The notes beneath the pieces are model-generated. The model did no database searches. It saw only the letters and a program-made list of their open reading frames with translations, and was not told the DNA's origin. A stretch of DNA of 64,000 nt from an uncultured Gammaproteobacteria bacterium. Lineage in GTDB: Bacteria > Patescibacteriota > Patescibacteriia > Veblenbacterales > UBA10138. Positions 28,711 to 39,380 of this stretch are shown in pieces. The DNA is taken from positions 676,095-740,094 of the forward strand of contig CAYVOI010000001.1 in the NCBI GenBank assembly GCA_964453605.1, written 5' to 3'. The translations under genes were made by a program, and so were the position numbers. The stretch's first letter is position 1. Each line of letters opens with the position of its first letter.

Positions 28711-30825
28711 CTAATTGGGCAAAAGTTCCAGATTAATCTCAGCTAGTGCAGCTAACGGCTTCAGGCTCGACTTCATAAACTGCACCAAGGCTACACCGCC
28801 AACGTGCTTGCCCTGCACCATAACCTTAGCTGCTGAGGGGCCCACAGGCTCAAGCGTAAAGGTAAACCCTAGGACCCCGGCCACACTGTCGAGCGCACCG
28901 CGGAGTAGTTGGTACGTGCGAGCCGCGTCATTGCCTGGTAACCTCAGGGCAACCGCAAGATGCCACGGCTGCTGCGGTAGCGTAGCTGAGCCCTCCCCGG
29001 CCGGCAAGCCCCCCGAGCTTTCGGTGAACACGCGACCAAGCTCAAACATTTGCACTAGTTGCTGCGGCAGGTGCAACGCATTCAGAATAAGCTGGGAGAC
29101 AAAATTTGGCATAAGCGCCGCGCGAAGGTTTGGCTCAGCCTGGTTCACGGGGTTCATGAGCTCAAGCAGCTCCGGTGGCACGGTGGCCAAGGTAGTCAGT
29201 ACTTCAGGAGGTAAGACCTCAAGGGCGCGGCTGCCAAGGAATGAGTAACTTAAAGATTCTGTGTACCCTTGGGCCACCAACACGTCGCGCACCTTCCAAC
29301 GCGCCACCTGATCTGGCTCTCTTTCAGGCGCCATGGCCTCAGACTTTGGCAGTGCCAAGGGAATGTTGCCGTAGCCGTACATGCGTGCTACTTCTTCAAG
29401 CAAGTCCTCAGGTATGGTGATGTCGCGGGTGGCGCGCCAAGAAGGGGCGGTAACCAAAAGTTCACCAGCCTTTTTCTGCACCGTAAACCCTAAGCGCTCC
29501 AAAATACCAACTACCTCGGCCTCGGGAATAACTGTTCCCAACCGCTTGTAGAGCCACGGCAGCGAAAGCGCAATGGGTGCGGCAGCTGGCGGATCGTCAT
29601 ACACATCTACCACCGGGCTCGCGACGCGGGCGCCTGGGCAGAGCTCGGTGAGGAGTTCAACCGCGCGCCGTAAAGCTAGTTCAGGGAGTTTAGGGTCCAG
29701 CGCCTTTTCAAACCGCGCCGAGGCCTCGGTTCTGAGGCCTAAAGCCGTGGCGGTCTTCCGCACATTCACAGCTTCAAACGTAGCAGACTCAAGCACAATG
29801 TTGGCCGTACTAGCCGAAACTTCGCTCGTCTGCCCGCCCATTACCCCAGCTATAGCCTGAGCCTGCGTTCGGTCGGCGATCATAAGCATAGACTCATCGA
29901 GTGTACGCGTAATACCATCGAGTGTTACAAATTTTTCCCCTTGCTTGGCCTGGCGAATCACAATGTCTGTACCACCAAGCTTATCCAAGTCAAACGCGTG
30001 AAGTGGCTGGCCCAGCTCGAGCATAACGTAGTTGGTAATATCCACAATCACGTTTATAGGCCGCATGCCCAAAGCGGTAAGCGCCTGCCTGAGCCAGGCT
30101 GGCGACTCGGCTGCCTTCACACCTTCCACAGCCACGGCCATGTACCGCACAACCTTGGCTGGCTTTTTCACGCTCACCATGAGCGGCACATCTATCTCGG
30201 GCTTGAGTTCTGCTGTCTCGGGCAACCTGAGTGGTGCCTTCCACAATGCTGCGAGCTCACGCGCTAACCCCAGGTGCCCCCACAGGTCAGGCCGATGGGT
30301 AATAGACTTATTATCGATGTCCAAAACCACATCACAGAGCTCCAGCGCCTCAGCTACCGGCGTACCGGGCCGCGCAGAGAGGTGCGAGAGGTCCATTATG
30401 CCGTGTTCTATCGCGGCTGAGTCGGGCAGTTCCAGCTCCTCAGCGGCACAAATCATACCGTGTGACTCTACACCGCGGATTTTGGCGGCTTGAAGCTCAG
30501 TCCAGTTGTCTTCGCCGTGCCAGCGAACCTGCGCGCCGATTTTTGCAAAGGCAACCTTTATGCCCTCTTTCAAGTTCACACCACCACAGACAACATCAAA
30601 CTGCTCACTGCCGCAGTCCACGTGTGCCAGCTTGAGCTTGTCGGCGTTGGGGTGTGATTCAACTTTGGTAACCAAACCAACCACCACATTGTTGAGGCGC
30701 TCGACCTGGCTCTCCCAGCTCTCCACCTCGACAACCGACATAGTCAGCTGCTCAGCCAGCTCCCGCGCCGTAAATTTCCGTGGCGGCGTAACAAACTTTT
30801 TCAAAATGTCGTAGGAAACTTTCAT
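28711..30825 (-). CDS. pheT: Phenylalanine--tRNA ligase beta subunit (apparently lacking the C-terminal FDX-ACB domain)
   Basis: HPNADKL, DITNYVMLELGQPLHAFD, TEASARFEK, EDLLEEVARMYGY. Confidence 0.93.
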   Translation of the reverse strand: MKVSYDILKKFVTPPRKFTARELAEQLTMSVVEVESWESQVERLNNVVVGLVTKVESHPNADKLKLAHVDCGSEQFDVVCGGVNLKEGIKVAFAKIGAQVRWHGEDNWTELQAAKIRGVESHGMICAAEELELPDSAAIEHGIMDLSHLSARPGTPVAEALELCDVVLDIDNKSITHRPDLWGHLGLARELAALWKAPLRLPETAELKPEIDVPLMVSVKKPAKVVRYMAVAVEGVKAAESPAWLRQALTALGMRPINVIVDITNYVMLELGQPLHAFDLDKLGGTDIVIRQAKQGEKFVTLDGITRTLDESMLMIADRTQAQAIAGVMGGQTSEVSASTANIVLESATFEAVNVRKTATALGLRTEASARFEKALDPKLPELALRRAVELLTELCPGARVASPVVDVYDDPPAAAPIALSLPWLYKRLGTVIPEAEVVGILERLGFTVQKKAGELLVTAPSWRATRDITIPEDLLEEVARMYGYGNIPLALPKSEAMAPEREPDQVARWKVRDVLVAQGYTESLSYSFLGSRALEVLPPEVLTTLATVPPELLELMNPVNQAEPNLRAALMPNFVSQLILNALHLPQQLVQMFELGRVFTESSGGLPAGEGSATLPQQPWHLAVALRLPGNDAARTYQLLRGALDSVAGVLGFTFTLEPVGPSAAKVMVQGKHVGGVALVQFMKSSLKPLAALAEINLELLPN

Positions 30826-30830
30826 TCGTT

Positions 30831-31742
30831 CTATTTATTCAAATTATAGCTTTGCTTAATAAGCTCAACGGCGGTAATAAAATCACTGTCTTTATTAAGC
30901 TTCACCTCATAATCACCATTACCCCAGTGCCCCGTAGGTTTTGGTTTCGTCAAATCGCGGGCGAGGTGATTTGGATCTTGTAACTCTCCGCTCTTAACAT
31001 TTAAAAAAATCTTTATATCCTTACTTCTAATCTCAACGTCGACAAAATTGGTTGACAATTTATAAGCAATATACAGTTTCTTAGGCTCCTCCTTAATCTT
31101 TTCGTCAAGCTCTAAAATTTGCTCACGCAATTTAAAAAATAGCGTCTTAATATTTACGTCTGCTTTTCTGAGATGGTATTCCACTGAATAATTTTTTTGC
31201 AGCGACTCTGTCTGCCTCTTTTCCACCCTTGATGTCTCACCTATCTGCGAGGAGGTTCTAACATTCTGATAACGTTCGGGTTCAAGATAAAGAATGTCGT
31301 CGCTGTAAATTCGGTAACGAAACAATTCGATATTAATTGGTAAAAGATCCGCTACATCAAGATCGAACTTGTTGTAGCTCTCAGCAACACAAATAACCCG
31401 AGGTGAGTCCCAATCAATCTCAACATCGACCTTCTTACTCCGGCACAAAACTCCAAAATCAGCTTTATGATCCAGGAGCCAGCGTAAGTAAGCCAAGCCC
31501 TGATTTATAACATTATTATTTTGTTTTTTCTTGTATTCAATGATGCAGGGCGAACCATGTTTATCTATGCCCAGAGTGTCAATGCGTCCCCCAAAACTCG
31601 TAGCATACTCGTGCGCGAGGAAAGTAATATACAGAACCTCTTCTAGGTTAGCTTCAAAAAGTAACTGCAACTCCCGCTCTAAGTCCAGGCCGCGTGCGTT
31701 TAATCTCTTGACCACCTTACCCTCAATTTTAAACAACGCCAT
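30831..31742 (-). CDS. NucS/DUF91-like PD-(D/E)XK domain fused to a DUF5655-like domain
   Basis: LEREL, GRIDTLG, IIEYK, NQGLAY; C-terminal GHWGNGDYEV; AT-rich. Confidence 0.75.
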   Translation of the reverse strand: MALFKIEGKVVKRLNARGLDLERELQLLFEANLEEVLYITFLAHEYATSFGGRIDTLGIDKHGSPCIIEYKKKQNNNVINQGLAYLRWLLDHKADFGVLCRSKKVDVEIDWDSPRVICVAESYNKFDLDVADLLPINIELFRYRIYSDDILYLEPERYQNVRTSSQIGETSRVEKRQTESLQKNYSVEYHLRKADVNIKTLFFKLREQILELDEKIKEEPKKLYIAYKLSTNFVDVEIRSKDIKIFLNVKSGELQDPNHLARDLTKPKPTGHWGNGDYEVKLNKDSDFITAVELIKQSYNLNK

Positions 31743-31754
31743 AGTACGGTTTAG

Positions 31755-32789
31755 TTAAAACTTTTCCAAGAACTTCATATCGCCGGAAAGCAATGAGCGT
31801 ATGTCGTCTAACTTATAGCGCATCATAACAAGCCTGGAAAGGCCAAGACCAAAGGCAAAGCCGCTATACTCTTTAGGGTTCACCCCGCCGTACTCAAGCA
31901 CCCTGGGGTGTACTAAACCACAGGGCAATAGCTCTACCCAGCCTCGCTGTTTGCACACGCTGCAACCCTTGCCCTCACATACAAAGCAGCGAATATCAAG
32001 CTCAAACCCTGGCTCCACGAATGGAAAATAACCAGGCCGCAGACGAACCTCAACCTCGCGCTTAAAAATGCCAGTGAGGAGCGCCTTCATAGTGGCAATG
32101 AGGTGGGAAATAGAAATGTCTTTCCCTACCACTAAACCTTCCATTTGCCAAAACGTAGTTTCGTGGCTGGCGTCAGTCGCCTCGTACCGGAAAACTCGCC
32201 CGGGCACCACAGCCCTAAGTGGCGCGCCATATTTTTTAAGCGCACGCACCTGCATGGCCGAAGTGTGCGTGCGCAGCAGCCAGCGGTTGTCGGCTTCACC
32301 GCCTTTAACATAGAACGTATCTTGCGTATCGCGCGCCGGGTGCCAAACAGGGATGTTGAGTGCTTCAAAGTTGTAGAACTCACTCTCGAGCTCCGGCCCA
32401 TCGAGCACCATAAAACCCATGGAGCGAAACAGCTCTTCGAGCTCGCGCTGAACAAGGGAGACGGGGTGAAGGTGCCCGGTAGTTTTTTCTGTAACACCTG
32501 GCAAGCTAACGTCGAGGGTAGGTGCTGCGCCACTACCCAGAGACTGGGCGATGTTGTTAAAGGCTTGCTCAATGTCGAGCTTCACCTGGTTGAGGAAGGC
32601 ACCAACCTTTGGTCGCTCCTGCTCGGCAAGCTCGGTAACCTGCTTCATGAGCGTAGCCAACTCACCCTTGCGTCCAAGGTACTTTACGCGGAACTCTTCT
32701 ACTCCCGCACTCTCGGTGAGTGTCTTGAGCTCCTCAAGGGCACGCTTCCGTAGGTGTTCTAGTTCTTTCAACACAAAGTTAGTAATCAA
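31755..32789 (-). CDS. pheS: Phenylalanine--tRNA ligase alpha subunit
   Basis: HPARDTQDTF, LLRTHTS, YFPFVEP, GFAFGLG; exact start uncertain. Confidence 0.96.
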   Translation of the reverse strand: MITNFVLKELEHLRKRALEELKTLTESAGVEEFRVKYLGRKGELATLMKQVTELAEQERPKVGAFLNQVKLDIEQAFNNIAQSLGSGAAPTLDVSLPGVTEKTTGHLHPVSLVQRELEELFRSMGFMVLDGPELESEFYNFEALNIPVWHPARDTQDTFYVKGGEADNRWLLRTHTSAMQVRALKKYGAPLRAVVPGRVFRYEATDASHETTFWQMEGLVVGKDISISHLIATMKALLTGIFKREVEVRLRPGYFPFVEPGFELDIRCFVCEGKGCSVCKQRGWVELLPCGLVHPRVLEYGGVNPKEYSGFAFGLGLSRLVMMRYKLDDIRSLLSGDMKFLEKF

Positions 32790-33171
32790 TCCGTGGGCTG
32801 CGCCGAGCTGACAGTAAGAAAAACTCGAGCAAGGTTAACCCTACAATAAGTAGCCCCAAGTTCCACCAGGTGAGCAGCTTGTTGGCCTGAAGCAGAAGCG
32901 CGCCGACTGCCATAGCGGCGAGCAGTAGCCCCTGGCGGAAGGAGATAGAGACATGACGAAAGAGCACCTCGTCGCGGTGCCTAAAGTGCCTCCAGGCAAA
33001 ACCAAATAAGGTCAGGGTACCAGTGATGCTTAAGAACAGCGAAAGGTAAAAGAACGCAAACCCCAACATTCCAGCTGTATCGGGGCTCAGGTAGTTAAGA
33101 ACTACGAAAAACGCCCCCCACGCCACGGCAGTGCCAATTGCCATCCAAATTAAGTACTGCTTCAAACTCAT
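32779..33171 (-). CDS. Hypothetical four-TM membrane protein
   Basis: Four hydrophobic helices, FFYLSLFL and SFRQG motifs. Confidence 0.7.
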   Translation of the reverse strand: MSLKQYLIWMAIGTAVAWGAFFVVLNYLSPDTAGMLGFAFFYLSLFLSITGTLTLFGFAWRHFRHRDEVLFRHVSISFRQGLLLAAMAVGALLLQANKLLTWWNLGLLIVGLTLLEFFLLSARRSPRIDY

Positions 33172-33277
33172 GATTTAGGCTAAAATAAGACAAAAAAGAG
33201 GTATTTACCTACCCCCTAATTGTAGCAGATTTTATGCCTTTCTACAAGCCTAAAACTAGGCAAAAATAGACCTAATG

Positions 33278-33568
33278 TTAGCCAAAAATTCGCAACCGGT
33301 AGCGCCTACCCTGGAGGGCTGCCTGGAGGGCATCTTCCAAAGGGATTTGGGCCATGCGAAGCTCGCTCGCTAGGGCCGCAGAATTAACCAGTACTTCTAA
33401 GGTATCGCCGCGCACAGCGAGCTTCCGAAAGGCCTCTTTGGTAGACTCGCCAAAACGTTTAGCAACCTCAACCTTAAACGCCTCAGTAACTTGAGCAGCT
33501 TGCACCGCCTGGGTTATACCGTGCTCACGTAAACGGTCTGACAGTGCTCGTTTTAGCGATTGAAACAT
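33278..33568 (-). CDS. DUF721/DciA-like protein
   Basis: GDTLEVLVNSAALASELRM motif. Confidence 0.65.
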   Translation of the reverse strand: MFQSLKRALSDRLREHGITQAVQAAQVTEAFKVEVAKRFGESTKEAFRKLAVRGDTLEVLVNSAALASELRMAQIPLEDALQAALQGRRYRLRIFG

Positions 33569-33574
33569 AAGAGG

Positions 33575-36565
33575 TTACTCTAGGTGACGGTATTCACACT
33601 GGTGCCGGGTGGCCTCATCAGCTTGCATAAAGCTGTCACTTTTGACCGTGTCAATAATTTCTTTAATCGCTTCCGTGTACTCGGTTTTGAGTGCCGTGAT
33701 CTGCTTGTCGGATGCTACAAAACTTTCGGAGAACTGGTTTGGCTCTAGGTACCAGTACTGCGCACCAACTACCTTCTCACGCAAAAACTCTTGGGCGGCG
33801 ATTTGGTAAATGATGAGCTGATCCCTATCTACTTTGTTGACCTCAGTAGCAGCCGTGCCACCGGTTTTGTAATCAAGAATGGTAAGCCCACCAGTGCCTT
33901 CGTCTAGCCGGTCAATTTTACCGGTGAATTTGTAGGGGCCCATGCCGAACTTGAACATTTTTTCCAAAAACTTTGGCCCGGGCTTAGTCGCCACAAACTG
34001 TTGGTAGAAATTTTTGAGCTGCTGGGGCCCGCGCTTCAGGCGGTACTCGTCTTTGGTTTTTTTATCAGGGTACCAATCGTCTATCCATGAATTCTCAAAT
34101 AAGGTTTTAAGCTCTTGCTCGCTTGGAACCTCTACCTTACCTTTCGCTCCGCCACCTTCTCCAAACAGGCCTTCTTGCACCGCGCCGCTCCGTGCTTGCC
34201 AAAGCTTCATGAATTGTTCCAACGTCCGATGCATGGTTATGCCGAAGCTTAGAGAGTGGTGTCCCGGGCTTGGCAGGCGAAGTAAGTAACGGTACTTGTA
34301 CTCAAGCGGGCACTTGCGAAAGGCGGACACGGAACTAAATGAAAAGCTTTCAGGAATGAGGTACTGGGCTTGTGCCTGCGCTACTACGGCGGGAGCAGTT
34401 GGCTTAAGGCGGGTGGCGGGCGCTGTGGCTTCAGCCTCAGTCACAAACCCAAGTTCATACAGGAATCTAGAGGGTTTGCGCGCGGTTTTGCCAAAGTAGT
34501 CCTCCGCGCGGGTTAAAAACACGCCGTCACACGCGCGGGTAAGGCCTACGTAGAACAACCTGCGCTCTTCTTGCAGGTGCACGTCGCCCTCTGGCAGCAC
34601 CTCTTTAATAAGCTCCCGGGGTAGCTCTATTGGTTCCCGACGTTCAGTGGAAGGGAAACGCCTGTCTACCAGCTGCACTAAGAACACATAGCGCCACTCC
34701 AAGCCTTTAGCCGAGTGCACGGTGATGACCTTGACGGTGTCCGGGCCCTCTTCAGTGTCCTTAGGCAGCTGACCCTCCTCCCCCGCCTCAAGCTCAAGCC
34801 TCAGGTACCTAAGGAAACTGGCTAATGTGCGGTCAGCAGTGTCGAGCTCAAAGCGCTGTAGACGCTGGTAAAACTCCGTCAGGTAGGCTGCTTCACGCAC
34901 TAAGGCCGGGTGCGCCACCCGATCGTTGATGCCTAAGTCCTCCACCACCCGCACGTACACCTCACTTCCTGAGCGCTCACGCGCCAACTTGGTATGCTGG
35001 TCAATGAGTTTTAACAGTCGCTGTACTGTGGCTGCGCCCTCCTGGCTTAGCGGCGGCCCGCCTGGGTTTCGGAGCACCTCATAGAGCGACACGGTGCGGC
35101 GGTAAGCGTAAGCGACCAGGGTGCTGACATCGGCCTGGGGAGTGCGGAACGGCTCCATGGTGAGCACGCGGTACAGCGCCTCTGACTCATGGTAGTTGTC
35201 GAGGAGCTTAAGGTAAGCCGTAACGTCGAGGATAATGGGTTCGCTGTACAGCCCCCGGTTGGCCACATAGTCAAACGGCAGCTGCCGGGCTTTCAGCGCC
35301 TGCAAAAAAATGGGCGCCGAGGCATTAGCGCGCACGAGTATAGCAAAGTCGCGCCACTCAGCCTGGGTTTTTTTCTGCAGCTCAAGAATCTTGGCAACCA
35401 CGGCCTCAGCTTCGGCCTGCGCAGTGGGGAAACTTAGGGCTTCTACTTGTCCCTGGCCCTTGCGTTCGGCCTGGAGCTTCTTCGATAGGCTCTTGCCCTT
35501 GCCAGCGAGTTTTACCTCCAGACGGTAGGGGTTGTTGAGCTGGATAAATTCGTACGCCGTGTCCAAAATGTTCTGGTAGCTGCGGTAGCTCTTGGTTAGG
35601 AAAACTTCTTTTGCGCTCGGGTAATCTTGCTTGAACTCCAAAATGTTGGAAATGGAAGCACCACGGAACTTGTAGATAGACTGGTCGTCGTCCCCTACTA
35701 CGGTAATGTTGTTGAGTGGAGCGGCCAAAAGCTTTATAAGCTCGTACTGAGCGTAGTTAGTATCTTGAAATTCATCAACCAAAATGTACTTGAACTTAGT
35801 TTGAAAGTGCTGCAAAACACGCGGCCTGGTACGGAAAAGCTTGAGGGTGTAGTTAATAAGGTCGCCAAAGTCTAAGCTGCCACTATCGAGCAAGAGTCTT
35901 TGGTACACCGTATAGGCACCAGCTACTTCGTCTAAACGCACAGCCTCTGACTCGTCAGGCGACGCTTCAGCAGCAGCGGGCTTTTTAGCTACAGTTTTTT
36001 TCTTTCTCCCCCTCTTAAGGTACTCTGCGGCGCCAGTGTCTAAACGTTTGCCTTCGGTGAACTTGAGGTAGTCTTCGGGGTATACCTCTTCGTCTTTGGC
36101 ACGCGAGAAGTGCTGCAGCAGGGCGTGGATAAACTTGGTGGGGTTGCCAAGCGGGCGATAGTAATCAAGGTTAAACTCGCTCAAGTGCTCCCGCACTAAC
36201 ATCCACTGCTCAGTTGCAGTGAGAAGCCGAAAATCATTTGGTAGGCCAATCTCGAGGCCCCAATCTTTAAGTACCGACTCGCCAAAGGCGTGAAAGGTAG
36301 AAACCTGCACGTCAACGTAGCCTAAGGGGAGTACCCGGTCCACCCGCTCGGCCATTTCAGTGGCGGCCTTGTCCGTAAAGGTTAGAGCTAAAATCTCGTC
36401 CGGTTTAGCCAAGCCACGTTCAATGAGCCAGGCGATGCGGCGGGTGATGACCGTGGTTTTCCCCGTACCAGCCCCGGCCACAATGAGGAGCGGCCCCGCG
36501 GTGTGGGTTACCGCCGCTTGCTGCTCAGCATTTAAATCTTTAAGTAAGTCTCCGTGCTCCACCAT
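33575..36565 (-). CDS. UvrD/PcrA-family helicase with C-terminal PD-(D/E)XK nuclease
   Basis: AGAGTGKT, VDEFQD, GDDDQSIYKFRG, TVHSAKGLE, EERRLFYV; C-terminal GKIDR..ILDYKTG..QL.IY. Confidence 0.92.
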   Translation of the reverse strand: MVEHGDLLKDLNAEQQAAVTHTAGPLLIVAGAGTGKTTVITRRIAWLIERGLAKPDEILALTFTDKAATEMAERVDRVLPLGYVDVQVSTFHAFGESVLKDWGLEIGLPNDFRLLTATEQWMLVREHLSEFNLDYYRPLGNPTKFIHALLQHFSRAKDEEVYPEDYLKFTEGKRLDTGAAEYLKRGRKKKTVAKKPAAAEASPDESEAVRLDEVAGAYTVYQRLLLDSGSLDFGDLINYTLKLFRTRPRVLQHFQTKFKYILVDEFQDTNYAQYELIKLLAAPLNNITVVGDDDQSIYKFRGASISNILEFKQDYPSAKEVFLTKSYRSYQNILDTAYEFIQLNNPYRLEVKLAGKGKSLSKKLQAERKGQGQVEALSFPTAQAEAEAVVAKILELQKKTQAEWRDFAILVRANASAPIFLQALKARQLPFDYVANRGLYSEPIILDVTAYLKLLDNYHESEALYRVLTMEPFRTPQADVSTLVAYAYRRTVSLYEVLRNPGGPPLSQEGAATVQRLLKLIDQHTKLARERSGSEVYVRVVEDLGINDRVAHPALVREAAYLTEFYQRLQRFELDTADRTLASFLRYLRLELEAGEEGQLPKDTEEGPDTVKVITVHSAKGLEWRYVFLVQLVDRRFPSTERREPIELPRELIKEVLPEGDVHLQEERRLFYVGLTRACDGVFLTRAEDYFGKTARKPSRFLYELGFVTEAEATAPATRLKPTAPAVVAQAQAQYLIPESFSFSSVSAFRKCPLEYKYRYLLRLPSPGHHSLSFGITMHRTLEQFMKLWQARSGAVQEGLFGEGGGAKGKVEVPSEQELKTLFENSWIDDWYPDKKTKDEYRLKRGPQQLKNFYQQFVATKPGPKFLEKMFKFGMGPYKFTGKIDRLDEGTGGLTILDYKTGGTAATEVNKVDRDQLIIYQIAAQEFLREKVVGAQYWYLEPNQFSESFVASDKQITALKTEYTEAIKEIIDTVKSDSFMQADEATRHQCEYRHLE

Positions 36566-36580
36566 ACTGTGTCAAGAATC

Positions 36581-36850
36581 TTATTCTAATATTCTTAAGA
36601 ATTTGAGAATGACACGGCCAACGGCGGTGAGCTCGTGCTGCACTAGGCTGCCACGGTTACGCTTGACTACTAAACCAGGCAGTGTTAACCGACGCAAATG
36701 CTCAGAGGCAGTTTTAAAGTTTATCTTTAACCTATCGGCTACTTCAAAAACCGACAGCTGTGGGCTGCGCTCCAAGAGAAGTAACATCTCAATGCGCCGG
36801 TGATTGGCAAACCCCTTGACTAGACGCTCGAGCTGCCGGGCCTTTTCCAT
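36581..36850 (-). CDS. ArsR/SmtB-type winged-helix regulator
   Basis: KGFANHRRIEML..L, SEHLRRL..GLV; likely start ATG 36850. Confidence 0.8.
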   Translation of the reverse strand: MEKARQLERLVKGFANHRRIEMLLLLERSPQLSVFEVADRLKINFKTASEHLRRLTLPGLVVKRNRGSLVQHELTAVGRVILKFLRILE

Positions 36851-36870
36851 ACGAACAGTATACACCAAAC

Positions 36871-36910
36871 TACCCCATTCTCAAATTCTTAAGAATTTGA
36901 GAATGGGGTA
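36871..36910. repeat. Perfect 40-bp palindrome (ATTCTCAAATTCTTAAGAAT family)
   Basis: TACCCCATTCTCAAATTCTTAAGAATTTGAGAATGGGGTA; related copies at 36583-36610 and 57930-57957. Confidence 0.9.
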
Positions 36911-36964
36911 AAAAGAAAAACAAACTACCTAAATAAAATAGCTCTAAATTTAGGCCGGGTCGCG

Positions 36965-37408
36965 CTATTCAATTCGGGTACCGAAGCTACCGCGGTCTTT
37001 ATGTTTCCTGACCACCCGCAGGCGGGCTAGCTCTTTCTCGAGCTTGGCGGTAAGGGCCGCGTAGTCGACCTCCTCGGCCACCCGCTTCTGCTGCATGAGC
37101 TGTCGCGCGCGCTCCCTGGCCTCCTCCGCCCGTTGTTCGTCGATTTCTTCCGCCCGCTCGGCTGTATCTGCCAACACTACAACCTTGCCTGGCTTAACCT
37201 CTATAAAACCGCCTGACACTGCCATGCTGATGTGCTCACCGCCTATGGTCACCCGAACCTCGCCTGGCACCAAGCTGGACACCAGGGGCAGGTGGTCGGG
37301 TAGTATGGTGATCTCACCCATTTTGGTGGGCAGCGTAATGGCTGAAACACTTGGCGCTTCAAACACCACGCGCTCAGGAGTTGCAATTTGGAAGTGGAGG
37401 GTTTTCAT
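36965..37408 (-). CDS. atpC: ATP synthase epsilon
   Basis: IATPER, GEITILPDH, VSGGFIEV, LADTAERAEEID. Confidence 0.95.
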   Translation of the reverse strand: MKTLHFQIATPERVVFEAPSVSAITLPTKMGEITILPDHLPLVSSLVPGEVRVTIGGEHISMAVSGGFIEVKPGKVVVLADTAERAEEIDEQRAEEARERARQLMQQKRVAEEVDYAALTAKLEKELARLRVVRKHKDRGSFGTRIE

Positions 37409-37429
37409 TAAAAATAAGTTAAATAATCA

Positions 37430-37930
37430 CTACTCTTCGGGTTCGCTTGTAGCGGTGCCTCGCAACCTCTTTTCGGCTTCATAAATATAGCCATCACGAT
37501 AACTTTCATAACCATCCTTCTTGGCTTCCTCATAGGGTGGTTTGGTCGCATACTTCGCCATTAAGTCAGGAAATGCGGGTCCGTCTTCAGCCATTTCACG
37601 TTTAAAAAATTCAGGAAAATCATCGAGTAGGTCCAAGTATTTTTCCAGGCAAGTTACATAGGAAGCTACCCCTGTATAAGTTTGTAACTCATTTTCATAG
37701 TCAAACGTTCTCCCAAAATGTGATATTGCTTGAGACGACACAGCGCCCAAATTGCCAAGATAATCAGCAATATGGTTTGTGTCTATACCCTTTATACCAA
37801 CCCGTTCCTCTACTCGAGCCCATACTTGTTTATATCTACTTATAGCAACTTCAGCACGTTCACGTAACTTCAACCAATCATCATTACTAGGTTTACTCTC
37901 CAGGTGTTCCATTGACTCACGTTCAGGCAT
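37430..37930 (-). CDS. Hypothetical AT-rich protein inserted between atpD and atpC
   Basis: 166-aa ORF filling the gap; no recognised motif. Confidence 0.65.
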   Translation of the reverse strand: MPERESMEHLESKPSNDDWLKLRERAEVAISRYKQVWARVEERVGIKGIDTNHIADYLGNLGAVSSQAISHFGRTFDYENELQTYTGVASYVTCLEKYLDLLDDFPEFFKREMAEDGPAFPDLMAKYATKPPYEEAKKDGYESYRDGYIYEAEKRLRGTATSEPEE

Positions 37931-37967
37931 AAATTTACTAAGCTAAATCCCTGGGAAGTCTTGGACA

Positions 37968-39362
<1,395 letters not shown>

Positions 39363-39380
39363 TTAGGTAATAGTTACGAG

